Below, in pieces: positions 30,718-39,982 of a stretch of DNA of 64,000 bases. The position numbers and the translations under genes are program-made. The notes below the pieces were generated by a model, which was not told where the DNA came from, ran no database searches, and was given only the letters and a program-made list of their open reading frames with translations. The DNA comes from Aquabacterium sp. (lineage in GTDB: Bacteria; Pseudomonadota; Gammaproteobacteria; Burkholderiales; Burkholderiaceae_C), in NCBI RefSeq assembly GCF_017994835.1, contig NZ_JAGOKC010000001.1. One strand, written 5' to 3'. Numbering within the stretch: the stretch's first letter is position 1; every line of letters starts with the position of its first letter.

Positions 30718-33303
30718 TCAGATGTTCACGTCACCCTCAGCGTCCGCGCAGCGGCGCGTCAAATGGGCCAGTGCCTCTTCGACCTGGTCCACCAGCACCA
30801 GGCACAGATCGCCGGGTTGCAAGCGGCCCAGGGCCGTGTCGATGGCCAGAAATTCGCCGCGAATTTCCTCGACCTGCTGCACGCGGGGTGCGTTCACCAG
30901 CCCTTCACGCAGCAGCTTCAACACCTCGCCATCGGAGCGGCCACGCTGGCAGGCATCCTGAAACAGGATGGCCTCGTCGAAGGCCTGCCCCAGGATGACG
31001 GTTTGCTCGCGGATGTCTTCATCGCGGCGGTCACCGGCGCCACTGATCACCACCGAGCGACGCTGGGCCGGCAAGGCGTTCACGGCGGCCACCAGGGCGC
31101 GCATGGCGTCGGGGTTGTGGCCATAGTCGGCAATGACTGTGGCACCCTTGTAGTCCAGCACATTGAAGCGACCCGGTGCGTTGTCGGCATCGTTGACGAA
31201 GCTGGCCAGACCACGGCGGATCACATCCCAGTCCAGCTCACTGCTCCAGGCCGCACCCACCGCCGCCATCACGTTCTCGATCTGGAAGCCAATGGTGCCG
31301 TTGCGGGTGATGGGAATGTCGCGCAGCGGCAGCAACTCGCGCCAGCTGCCCTCGGCCACGACGATGGCGTCGCCATCGATGCAGATGCTGCGCTTGCCCT
31401 GCGCCCGATGCGCCGTCAACACGGGGTTGTGTGGTTCGGCGGCAAAGTAGATGACACCACCAGGGCACTTGGTCGCCATGTCCACCACGATGGGATCAGC
31501 CGCATTGAGCACCGCATGACCGTTTTCAGCCACGTTCATGACGATGACGCGCTTGAGCACCGCCAGGTCTTCGACCGTGGTGATGTAGTTCAAGCCCAGG
31601 TGGTCGCCTGCACCGATGTTGGTCACCACGGCCGTCTGGCAGCGGTCATAGCCCAGCCCCTCACGCAGGATGCCGCCCCGGGCGGTTTCGAGCACGGCAG
31701 CGTCCACATCAGGGTGCATCAGCACGTTGCGTGCGCTTTTGGGGCCGGAGCAGTCACCGCTGTCGATCTGGCGGCCGTTCACATAGACACCGTCGGTGTT
31801 GGTCATGCCGACACGCAGGCCACTGGTAGCCAGCAGGTGCGCGGTCAGGCGGGCGGTGGTGGTCTTGCCGTTGGTGCCGGTCACGGCCACCACGGGGATG
31901 CGGCCATCTTCGCCGTGCTGGAACAGGTGGGCCACCATGGCTTCACCCACATGGCGACCCTTGCCGAATGAAGGTGACAGATGCATGCGCAGGCCAGGCG
32001 CAGCGTTGACCTCGACGATGCCGCCATGCTGGTCTTCCAGAGGCTGATGCATGCTTTCGGCCAGCACGTCCACACCGCAAATGTCGAGACCGATGGTTTG
32101 GGCTGCGGCGATGGCGCGGGCCGCCACGGAAGGATGCACGGTGTCGGTCACATCGGTGGCCGTGCCCCCGGTGGACAGGTTGGCGTTGTTGCGCAGGATG
32201 ACGCGACGGCCTTCTTCGGGGATGGCATCGGGGGTCAACCCCTGGATGCCCAGGCGCGCCACGGCAATCTCGTCCAGGCGCATTTTTGTCAGTGAGGTGG
32301 CGTGGCCATCGCCACGGCGCGGATCCCTGTTGACCTCATCCACCAGTTCGCGCACGGTGTGGATGCCATCGCCGATCACGTGAGCCGGCTCACGGCGAGC
32401 GGCCGCCACCAGTTTGTCGCCCACCACCAGCAGGCGGAAATCGTGTCCCGGCAGGTATTTCTCGACCATGACCGTGCCGATCTCGGCAGCAGCCTTGTAG
32501 GCAATCTCCAGATGTTCACGGCTGACGATGTTGACCGTCACGCCCTTGCCCTGGTTGCCATCCTGGGGCTTGACCACCACCGGCAGCCCAATTTCCAGGG
32601 CCACGGCCCAGGCGTCGTCCACATCGCGCACCGGGCGGCCAATCGGCACGGGCACGCCCGCAGCGGCCAGCAGGCGCTTGGTGAGGTCCTTGTCCTGGGC
32701 AATGGATTCGGAAACGGCGCTGGTCGAATCCACCTCTGCAGCCCAGATGCGGCGCTGCCTGGCACCCCAGCCGAACTGCACCAGGCTGCCTTGCGTCAGG
32801 CGACGCCAGGGAATGCCACGCGCTGCGGCAGCCGCCACGATGGCACCGGTGCTGGGCCCAAGTCGCACGTCTTCGTCCAGATCGCGCAATTGAGCCAGGA
32901 CCGCCTGCAGATCAAAGGCGGTATCGTGCTGCGCCGCTGCGATCAAGGCCTGCGCGTGCTTGAGGGCCAGTTTGCCGACCGCCTCTTCGCTGTACTCGAC
33001 CACCACCTGATAAATACCTTCTTCCAGGGTGATGGCCGTGCGACTGAAGGTGACGAGGCAACCGGCCTGCGCCTGCAGCGCCAGCGTAGCGGCCTCCAGC
33101 ACATGGGCCAGTGAGATGTGGTCGGGCCGCCCCGCCGGACGCAGCGCCCCGAGGGACGGGAACAGCTTACGCAGGCGATCTTCAAAGCCGGGCAGTGTCT
33201 GGAGCGTGCGCTCGGACGGCTCACAGGCCACGACGGCCTCGATGGCCGTCTGGCGGCTCCAGAGATTGGGGCCACGCAGGGCCCGGATGCGAGAAACGTC
33301 CAT
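30718..33303 (-). CDS. cphA: Cyanophycin synthetase (full three-domain form)
   Basis: An 861-aa protein with N-terminal RALRGPNLWS, ATP-grasp VVVKPQDGNQGKGV, and an intact Mur-ligase P-loop VTGTNGKTTT (codons about 31864-31881). Confidence 0.93.
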   Translation of the reverse strand: MDVSRIRALRGPNLWSRQTAIEAVVACEPSERTLQTLPGFEDRLRKLFPSLGALRPAGRPDHISLAHVLEAATLALQAQAGCLVTFSRTAITLEEGIYQVVVEYSEEAVGKLALKHAQALIAAAQHDTAFDLQAVLAQLRDLDEDVRLGPSTGAIVAAAAARGIPWRRLTQGSLVQFGWGARQRRIWAAEVDSTSAVSESIAQDKDLTKRLLAAAGVPVPIGRPVRDVDDAWAVALEIGLPVVVKPQDGNQGKGVTVNIVSREHLEIAYKAAAEIGTVMVEKYLPGHDFRLLVVGDKLVAAARREPAHVIGDGIHTVRELVDEVNRDPRRGDGHATSLTKMRLDEIAVARLGIQGLTPDAIPEEGRRVILRNNANLSTGGTATDVTDTVHPSVAARAIAAAQTIGLDICGVDVLAESMHQPLEDQHGGIVEVNAAPGLRMHLSPSFGKGRHVGEAMVAHLFQHGEDGRIPVVAVTGTNGKTTTARLTAHLLATSGLRVGMTNTDGVYVNGRQIDSGDCSGPKSARNVLMHPDVDAAVLETARGGILREGLGYDRCQTAVVTNIGAGDHLGLNYITTVEDLAVLKRVIVMNVAENGHAVLNAADPIVVDMATKCPGGVIYFAAEPHNPVLTAHRAQGKRSICIDGDAIVVAEGSWRELLPLRDIPITRNGTIGFQIENVMAAVGAAWSSELDWDVIRRGLASFVNDADNAPGRFNVLDYKGATVIADYGHNPDAMRALVAAVNALPAQRRSVVISGAGDRRDEDIREQTVILGQAFDEAILFQDACQRGRSDGEVLKLLREGLVNAPRVQQVEEIRGEFLAIDTALGRLQPGDLCLVLVDQVEEALAHLTRRCADAEGDVNI

Positions 33304-33359
33304 CTCTTGTGTCTCTTGGTGTTCGCGTCGAATGTTCGCGTCGTGAGATCGGGCCGAGC

Positions 33360-35579
33360 TCAGCGCACGGCCTGCGCGGTCGGGTCGAAAGTTTCCATGC
33401 CTGCCGCGATGAGCTCAGGCGCAATGTCCAGGGCCCAGGCCACGGCCACCGAAGCCAGCAGGGACTGCACACCGGCACCCGGCAGCGGGTGCCGGGTCAG
33501 GCCACCCATCACCCGGCGTGCCGAGGCACTGTCCAGATCGATGCAACGCACCGGCGTGTGCCCGTTGTGAGTCAACAGCACGTGGTTGTCTTCCACCGAA
33601 ACCGTGCGCCCGCCCCTGGCGCGGTGCGCCACCATGACCGGACTGTGCTGGTTCACATCATAGAAAATGACCTCGCCATCGCACAACTCGGCCATCTCGA
33701 CCAGGCGTGCATCGGCCGCATGCAGCACGGCCACGCCCTCAGGCAGCACCACATCCACTTGCGTGCGCAGCACCTTGAACATCTGCTCGGACTCATGGAT
33801 GTCGTGCGCGGCCAGTGCCGGATCCACCGGCGTCTCGGCACCACGCAGGTCGGTCACCAGACCCACCTGGCAACGGTCGTAGGCCAAGCCTTCATCCAGG
33901 ATACTGATCGGACTGTTTTCCACCACAATGGCGTTAACCTCGCGGTTCATCAGCAGGCGCTCGGCCGCCGCAAAGTTGGCGCGGTTGCCGGACTCGACGC
34001 AACGTGCGCCCAGAAACAACCCATCGCTGCAGGCCAGACCCACCACCTTGCCGCTCAGGTGCAGGAACCACGCTGTCAGGCGGGCAATGTGGGTCACCCC
34101 CAACGATCCGGCGACGCCGATGATGGGCACGCGACCCGTCTCGTCTTCATCAAACAGGTTGTCAACAATGGCCTGCCCGACCGGACGGGGCAGTCCCTCT
34201 GCGGGCTTGAGGTGCATCAGCAGACCCGGGCCGGCGTTGACCTCGACCACCGCACCACGCTGGGGGGCCAGCGGCTTGGCAATGTCTTCGACCACCAGGT
34301 CGATCCCGGCAATGTCGAGTCCCACCACACGCGCGGCCAGAGAGGCCAGGTACGCGATGTCGGGGTGCACATCGTCGGTGCAGTCGATGGCCACGTTGCC
34401 ATTGCGCTGCACCAGCACCTTCTGACCGACCTTGGGAACAGACGTGCCATCGAGCCCCTGACGTGCCAGCAACAAGCGCGTGGCAGCATCCTGCTCCAGA
34501 ACAACCTTGCCAAGAGGAAACTCTTCCGCATCGCCTCGGCGGGGATCGCAGTTGATCTGCGCTTCGATCAGGCCCACCACGGTGTCACGGCCATTGCCCA
34601 TGATCCAGAGACTCTCGCCCTTCGCGGCTGCCACCATCTTGCCCCCGACAATCAGCAGCCGGTGCTCATCGCCACGCACGTAACGCTCGACGATCACCTC
34701 GCTGCCCTCGGTCTGGGCAATCTTGAACGCCGCCTCAACGTCGGCGCGCTCGGTCAACTCCAGCGACACGCCCCGGCCATGGTTGCCATCCAGCGGCTTG
34801 ACCACCACCGGCAGCCCGATGTCTTGCGCGGCTTCCCAGGCAGCCTCGGGGCTGTCCACCACCTCGCCCTCGGGCACCGGCACCCCGCAGGATTTCAGCA
34901 GGGTCTTGGTCAAGTCCTTGTCACCGGCAATCGCCTCGGCGATGGCACTGGTTTTGTCGGTCTCTGCCGTCCAGATGCGGCGTTGCGCCCGCCCATGACC
35001 CAACTGGACCAGGTTGCCGTCGTTCAGACGAATGTGCGGAATCCCCCGACTGGTGGCTGCACCCACGATGGCCGCCGTGCTGGGGCCCAGATAGCAGTCG
35101 TCGATCTGGTTGCGCAGACGCTCGACGGCAGCGGTCACATCGAACGCTTCGTCATGGATCACGGCCATCAAGAGGGCATGCCCCTCGGCCAAGGCCAGGC
35201 GGGCGACCTGCTCGTCGCGAGCACGGAATACCATGCGGTACACCCCACGCTGCGCAGTGCTGCGGGTCTGACCGAAACCCGTGGGCATGCCCGACAGGTT
35301 CAGCAATTCGATGATCACATGCTCCAGGACGTGGCCAGCCCAGGTCCCCTCTTCCAGCCGCTGGAGAAACCCGCCCGGTTCGCCCACGCCGCAATGGTGC
35401 TCGGCCAAGGCGGGTAACAGCGCGATCAGCCGCGCATTGAACCCAGGCAGTTTGTGCGAGGGCCAGTCTTCCAGCTCACCCAGGTCGAGCCATACCTCCA
35501 GCGCCTGGCGATAAGTCCAGATGTTGGGGCCACGCAGGTAGTTGACCCGCAGCAACGTGATGTTGTTCTTCTTGCTCAT
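33360..35579 (-). CDS. Cyanophycin synthetase paralog with a degenerate and shortened Mur-ligase domain (cphA-prime type)
   Basis: A 739-aa protein with N-terminal LRGPNIWTY and ATP-grasp VVVKPLDGNHGRGV conserved. The P-loop position reads GVAGSLGVTH (about 34092-34115), with no Lys. About 135 fewer residues follow that point than in the neighbour. Confidence 0.88.
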   Translation of the reverse strand: MSKKNNITLLRVNYLRGPNIWTYRQALEVWLDLGELEDWPSHKLPGFNARLIALLPALAEHHCGVGEPGGFLQRLEEGTWAGHVLEHVIIELLNLSGMPTGFGQTRSTAQRGVYRMVFRARDEQVARLALAEGHALLMAVIHDEAFDVTAAVERLRNQIDDCYLGPSTAAIVGAATSRGIPHIRLNDGNLVQLGHGRAQRRIWTAETDKTSAIAEAIAGDKDLTKTLLKSCGVPVPEGEVVDSPEAAWEAAQDIGLPVVVKPLDGNHGRGVSLELTERADVEAAFKIAQTEGSEVIVERYVRGDEHRLLIVGGKMVAAAKGESLWIMGNGRDTVVGLIEAQINCDPRRGDAEEFPLGKVVLEQDAATRLLLARQGLDGTSVPKVGQKVLVQRNGNVAIDCTDDVHPDIAYLASLAARVVGLDIAGIDLVVEDIAKPLAPQRGAVVEVNAGPGLLMHLKPAEGLPRPVGQAIVDNLFDEDETGRVPIIGVAGSLGVTHIARLTAWFLHLSGKVVGLACSDGLFLGARCVESGNRANFAAAERLLMNREVNAIVVENSPISILDEGLAYDRCQVGLVTDLRGAETPVDPALAAHDIHESEQMFKVLRTQVDVVLPEGVAVLHAADARLVEMAELCDGEVIFYDVNQHSPVMVAHRARGGRTVSVEDNHVLLTHNGHTPVRCIDLDSASARRVMGGLTRHPLPGAGVQSLLASVAVAWALDIAPELIAAGMETFDPTAQAVR

Positions 35580-35726
35580 ATCCAGCCTGACTGACAGCAG
35601 CCAGCCCTATTGTCGGGTCATAAACGTGGGACACAAATTCAACATGGAGAACGCCGCATCGGTGAGAATGCCGGCACGCCCAAGTCAGACTTGGCTTTGG
35701 CGGCGCTTTCTGGTTCGGCTCTCACC

Positions 35727-38003
35727 ATGCACTCTCGTTCACCCCTTGCCACCTCCGGGTCTGCCCCCTTTCAGGACAGCGCAGACGCGCACGCGCCGCT
35801 GACCTCGGCAGACAACGTTCTGGCCCGGCTATCGGTTGACCTGAACGCACAACTTCACTTTGCCAACGGCACGCTCATCCTCACCGAGCATCATCTGCAT
35901 GCGCAAGACGATGCGCAAGGCCGCTGGCGGTCGTGGCTCCTGAATGCCGATCTGTCGCTGTCTCACCACGATCATGCCGGCGTGGCGACGCTGACCCTGC
36001 ACACCCCCCACCACGGTCTGGCCAGTTGGCAAGTGACGATGGCACAGCAAGTTGCCCTGCAGCACCTGACCGAACAGTTCGATAAGCAACAACACGTGCG
36101 TGCCACCGGCCAGAGCCTGACCGAGGACGACAGCGATCACTGCCCAACCTGCCACGCCCCCCTGCCCCCCGACAGCGACGAGTGCAACGTCTGCCGCCGT
36201 GACAGGCCAACCACGCCCTCCACCTGGGTCTTGCTGCGCCTGTGGCGTTTTGCCCGCCCCTATCAGGGCATGCTGCTGGCCGGCTTCCTGCTGACCCTGG
36301 CTGGCACCGCCGCCACGCTGGTGCCGCCCTACCTCACCATGCCGCTGATGGACGAGATCCTGATCCCGTTCCAGAACGGGCAGGCCATTGACACCAACCA
36401 CGTGCTGCTGCTGCTGTCCGGCCTGCTGGCGTCGGCCCTGGCCGCCTGGGCGCTGGGCTGGGCACGCACCTACGTGCTCGCACTGGTGTCTGAACGCATC
36501 GGGGCCGACCTGCGCACCGCCACGTTCGAGCACCTGCTGCGCCTGTCGCTCGACTACTTCGGCAGCAAGCGCACCGGCGACCTGATGGCCCGCATCGGCT
36601 CCGAAACCGACCGCATCAACGTCTTTCTGTCGCTCCATGCCCTCGATTTCGCCACCGACGTGCTGATGATCGCCATGACAGCGGCCATCCTCACCTCCAT
36701 CAACCCCTGGCTGGCCCTGGTCACCCTGGTGCCCCTGCCCTTCATCGCCTGGCTGATCCACCTGGTGCGCGACCGCCTGCGCACCGGCTTTGAAAAGATC
36801 GACCGCGTCTGGGGCGAGGTCACCAACGTGCTAGCTGACACCATCCCGGGCATCCGCGTCGTCAAAGCCTTTGCCCAGGAGCAGCGCGAGGCCGACCGCT
36901 TTCGCGCTGCCAACCAGTACAACCTGCAGGCCAACGACAAGCTCAACAAGACCTGGTCGCTGTTCACCCCCACCGTATCGCTGCTGACCGAAATCGGCTT
37001 GCTGGTGGTGTGGGCCTTCGGCATCTGGCTGGTGTCCGAGCAGGACATCACCGTGGGCGTACTCACCGCCTTCATCGCCTACATCGGGCGCTTTTACGGC
37101 CGGCTCGACTCCATGAGCCGCATCGTCTCGGTGACGCAAAAGGCCGCCGCCGGTGCCAAGCGCATTTTCGACATCCTCGATCACGTCTCCAACGTGCCCG
37201 ACCCGGTCAACCCGGTGAAGCTGCCTGCCTTGCAAGGCCGGCTGGAGCTGGACCGCATTGGCTTTCGCTACGGTAGCCGTGCCGTGATCCGCGACGTCAG
37301 CCTGGACATCCGGCCCGGCGAGATGATCGGCCTGGTGGGCCACAGCGGCTCGGGCAAGAGCACCCTGGTCAACCTGATCTGCCGTTTCTACGATGTCACC
37401 GAGGGTGGCATCCGCGTCGATGGCGTGGACGTGCGCCGCATTGCCGTGGCCGACTACCGCCGCCACATCGGCCTGGTGCTGCAAGAGCCCTTCCTGTTCT
37501 TTGGCACCATCGCCGAGAACATCGCCTACGGCAAACCCGACGCCACCCGCGAAGAGATCATCGCCGCCGCCCGCGCCGCCCATGCCCACGAGTTCATCCT
37601 GCGTCTGCCGCAAGGCTACGACTCGCTGGTGGGCGAACGTGGCCAAGGCCTGTCCGGTGGCGAGCGCCAGCGCATCAGCATTGCCCGTGCGCTGCTGATC
37701 AACCCGCGCATCCTGATCATGGACGAGGCCACCTCGGCCGTGGACACCGAAACCGAGAAGGAAATCCAGAAGGCGCTGGACAACCTGGTCCAGGGCCGCA
37801 CCACCATCGCCATTGCCCACCGCCTGTCCACGCTGCGCAAGGCCGACCGCCTGGTGGTGATGGACAAAGGCCGCATCGTGGAAGTGGGCCCGCACGACGA
37901 GCTGATGGCCCGCGAAGGCGCGTACTGGCGCCTCTACCAGGCGCAGGCCCGCAAGGCCGAGCAAGAAGCCCTGATCGATGACGAACCCGCCGACAAGGCC
38001 TGA
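35727..38003 (+). CDS. Fused permease/ATPase ABC exporter with an N-terminal cytoplasmic extension (cyanophycin-locus associated)
   Basis: A type-I exporter TMD plus NBD (GHSGSGKST, LSGGERQR, ILIMDEATSAVD). About 170 aa precede the TMD and include CPTC-x10-CNVC (36141-36194). The start is uncertain: TTG 35610 in the track, ATG 35727 chosen. Confidence 0.88.
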   Translation: MHSRSPLATSGSAPFQDSADAHAPLTSADNVLARLSVDLNAQLHFANGTLILTEHHLHAQDDAQGRWRSWLLNADLSLSHHDHAGVATLTLHTPHHGLASWQVTMAQQVALQHLTEQFDKQQHVRATGQSLTEDDSDHCPTCHAPLPPDSDECNVCRRDRPTTPSTWVLLRLWRFARPYQGMLLAGFLLTLAGTAATLVPPYLTMPLMDEILIPFQNGQAIDTNHVLLLLSGLLASALAAWALGWARTYVLALVSERIGADLRTATFEHLLRLSLDYFGSKRTGDLMARIGSETDRINVFLSLHALDFATDVLMIAMTAAILTSINPWLALVTLVPLPFIAWLIHLVRDRLRTGFEKIDRVWGEVTNVLADTIPGIRVVKAFAQEQREADRFRAANQYNLQANDKLNKTWSLFTPTVSLLTEIGLLVVWAFGIWLVSEQDITVGVLTAFIAYIGRFYGRLDSMSRIVSVTQKAAAGAKRIFDILDHVSNVPDPVNPVKLPALQGRLELDRIGFRYGSRAVIRDVSLDIRPGEMIGLVGHSGSGKSTLVNLICRFYDVTEGGIRVDGVDVRRIAVADYRRHIGLVLQEPFLFFGTIAENIAYGKPDATREEIIAAARAAHAHEFILRLPQGYDSLVGERGQGLSGGERQRISIARALLINPRILIMDEATSAVDTETEKEIQKALDNLVQGRTTIAIAHRLSTLRKADRLVVMDKGRIVEVGPHDELMAREGAYWRLYQAQARKAEQEALIDDEPADKA

Positions 38004-38009
38004 GACGCC

Positions 38010-38480
38010 ATGAGCACCCCGATGCGCCACCTCACCCGCAACGCCCTGGGCCAGCTGACCCTGACGCTGGACGATGGCCGCACGCACACCGGCATCGTGC
38101 CCGTGCGCGCCTACCCCTTGAGCGCCCCCGACGAAGGCCTGTCGCTGATGAGCGCCGATGGCCACGAAGTGGCCTGGATCGATCGCGTCAGCGCTCTGCC
38201 CGAGAAGTTCCGCAGCCTGCTGGAGGCGGAACTGGCGGTGCGCGAGTTCACGCCCCAGATCTCTGCGCTGGTCAGCGTCTCCAGCTTTTCAACGCCCAGC
38301 ACCTGGACGGTGAACACCGACCGAGGCCACACCACCTTCGTGCTGAAATCCGAAGACGACATCCGCCGCCTGGGCGACGGGCGCCTGCTGATCCACAGCG
38401 CGCAAGGTTTGAACTTCGCCATTGCGGACCGCGCCCGCCTGGACAAGGCCTCACGCCTGCTGCTTGAACGCTTCCTGTGA
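38010..38480 (+). CDS. DUF1854 family protein
   Basis: A 156-aa protein lying 6 nt after the ABC gene: LGQLTLTLDDGRTHTGIVPVRAYPLSAPDEGLSLMSADGHEVAWI...FVLKSEDDIRRL. The family assignment is from memory. Confidence 0.7.
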   Translation: MSTPMRHLTRNALGQLTLTLDDGRTHTGIVPVRAYPLSAPDEGLSLMSADGHEVAWIDRVSALPEKFRSLLEAELAVREFTPQISALVSVSSFSTPSTWTVNTDRGHTTFVLKSEDDIRRLGDGRLLIHSAQGLNFAIADRARLDKASRLLLERFL

Positions 38481-38511
38481 TGCCCGGCTGAGACTGCAGA
38501 CGCCACAAAAC

Positions 38512-38550
38512 AAAACCGGTGCAGCCCTTGCGAGCGACACCGGTTTTTTT
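38512..38550. terminator. Bidirectional rho-independent terminator (DUF1854 gene / HU gene convergent pair)
   Basis: The sequence is aaaaCCGGTG-(16 nt)-CACCGGttttttt. Confidence 0.75.
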
Positions 38551-38582
38551 GCAGCGAGACCCACGCGGAGTCTGCGCAGCGA

Positions 38583-38963
38583 TCACTTCTTCTTGGCAGC
38601 GGCCTTCTTGGCGGCAGGCTTGGCAGCAGGCTTCGCAGCCTTCTTGGCCGGCGCAGCCGGAGCCTTGGCAGCCTTGCGTGCGGCAGCCTTCGGATCGACC
38701 GCAGCCTTGAAGGTGGCACCGGGGGTGAACTTGGGCAGCTTGGCGGCGGGGATCTTGATCTTGTCGCCGGTGCTGGGGTTCACGCCATTGCGGGCGGCAC
38801 GCGCGTGTTGCTTGAACGAACCGAAACCGGGAATGGTCACGGGGTCGCCCTTTTTGACAGCCGTCACCACGGTGTCGAGCAGCGTGTCGAGGATGCGGCC
38901 AGCCTCAGCCTTGGACAGTTGGTGCTGGTCAGCAAGGCGCTGGATGAGATCAGTCTTGTTCAT
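38583..38963 (-). CDS. HU-family DNA-binding protein with a Lys/Ala-rich histone-H1-like C-tail
   Basis: MNKTDLIQRLADQHQLSKAEAGRILDTLLDTVVTAVKKGDPVTIPGFGSFKQHARAARNGVNPSTGDKIKIPAAKLPKF is followed by AARKAAKAPAAPAKKAAKPAAKPAAKKAAAKKK. Confidence 0.9.
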   Translation of the reverse strand: MNKTDLIQRLADQHQLSKAEAGRILDTLLDTVVTAVKKGDPVTIPGFGSFKQHARAARNGVNPSTGDKIKIPAAKLPKFTPGATFKAAVDPKAAARKAAKAPAAPAKKAAKPAAKPAAKKAAAKKK

Positions 38964-39064
38964 GAATGATGTTCTGGAAGCACCCGCAAATGTCGGGCAA
39001 GCTATTGTGCCCTCGCCAAACACCGATGAACACTGGTGTTGACGCGGATACGTCGCAAACATGC

Positions 39065-39886
39065 CTATTTCAAGGGAAAGCCCAGCGCCTGTAACGCTTC
39101 CTTGAGCCGATCACGGCCCGTCAGGGCCTCCGGCGTGGCCACCCGCTTGCCAGAATGCACCGCCCAGGTGCCTCGCACCTTCATCTGCTGCTGTGCATAA
39201 AACGCGGCCATGGCCTCGTTGTACGTGGCCACGTCGGCCTGCTGCTCGGCCACCGGGCGATAGCGTTCTTGGTGCAGCACGGCAGGCTGCGGCAGACGTG
39301 GCTTGACCGACGCCTGCTGCGCGGGGTCTTCCTTGCCCAAGGTCATGCCAAACACCGCGAACACACGCGATGGCAAACCCAGCAATTCGGCCACCGCCTC
39401 AGGTTGGTTGCGCAAACCACCGATGTAGCACCCCGACAAGCCCAGCGACTCGGCGGCCACCATCGCGTTCTGGGCGGCCAGAGCGGCGTCGATCACGCCC
39501 ACCAGGGCCATCTCCAGATAATCAAGCGCGTCGTGGGTGAGGCCTTCGGCGTGCGCCACAGCTTCGAGGCGCGCCAGATCCGCCAGCCAGACCAGCACCA
39601 GCGGTGCCTGCTGCACATGAATCTGATCACCCGCGAGCTGAGCCAGACGCGCGCGCGTGGCCGGCTCGCGCACCGCGATCACGCTCCAGGGCTGCAGGTT
39701 GGACGAGGAGGCCGCAGACTGCGCGGCGGCCACGATGGCGGTCAGCTGCGCATCACTCACCGGCTCGGGCAGGTGATGGCGGACCGTGCAGTGAGTCAGA
39801 AGCTGCGCAATCAGAGGTGAGCAAACGTCCGAATCCGGGAACTCGGGTTGACCGTAGCGGGCACGCAAAAGAGAAGCGGCAGTCAT
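39065..39886 (-). CDS. NfsA-like NADPH-dependent nitroreductase family protein
   Basis: CTVRHHLPEPVSDAQLTAIVAAAQSAASSSNLQPWSVIAVREP... is the nitroreductase fold. I chose ATG 39886. Confidence 0.8.
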   Translation of the reverse strand: MTAASLLRARYGQPEFPDSDVCSPLIAQLLTHCTVRHHLPEPVSDAQLTAIVAAAQSAASSSNLQPWSVIAVREPATRARLAQLAGDQIHVQQAPLVLVWLADLARLEAVAHAEGLTHDALDYLEMALVGVIDAALAAQNAMVAAESLGLSGCYIGGLRNQPEAVAELLGLPSRVFAVFGMTLGKEDPAQQASVKPRLPQPAVLHQERYRPVAEQQADVATYNEAMAAFYAQQQMKVRGTWAVHSGKRVATPEALTGRDRLKEALQALGFPLK

Positions 39887-39982
39887 GGTGTTGAGCGTCA
39901 GGGAGAAAGCCTCAACACTACCGCAAGGCATCGAACAAGCGAAACCTCGTTTGGCACAAGATTTCGCTGTGTTCAGTTGCCA

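Noticed and set aside
33111-35417. 768-aa plus-strand ORF
   Set aside because: It is antisense to the cyanophycin synthetase paralog, which has clear conserved domains. This is a shadow frame of GC-rich coding DNA.
35542-35802. 86-aa plus-strand ORF in the cphA-prime / ABC divergent region
   Set aside because: It is Pro/Arg-rich, out of frame with and overlapping the ABC transporter start region, and has no Shine-Dalgarno. It is more likely regulatory DNA plus the 5' end of the ABC gene.
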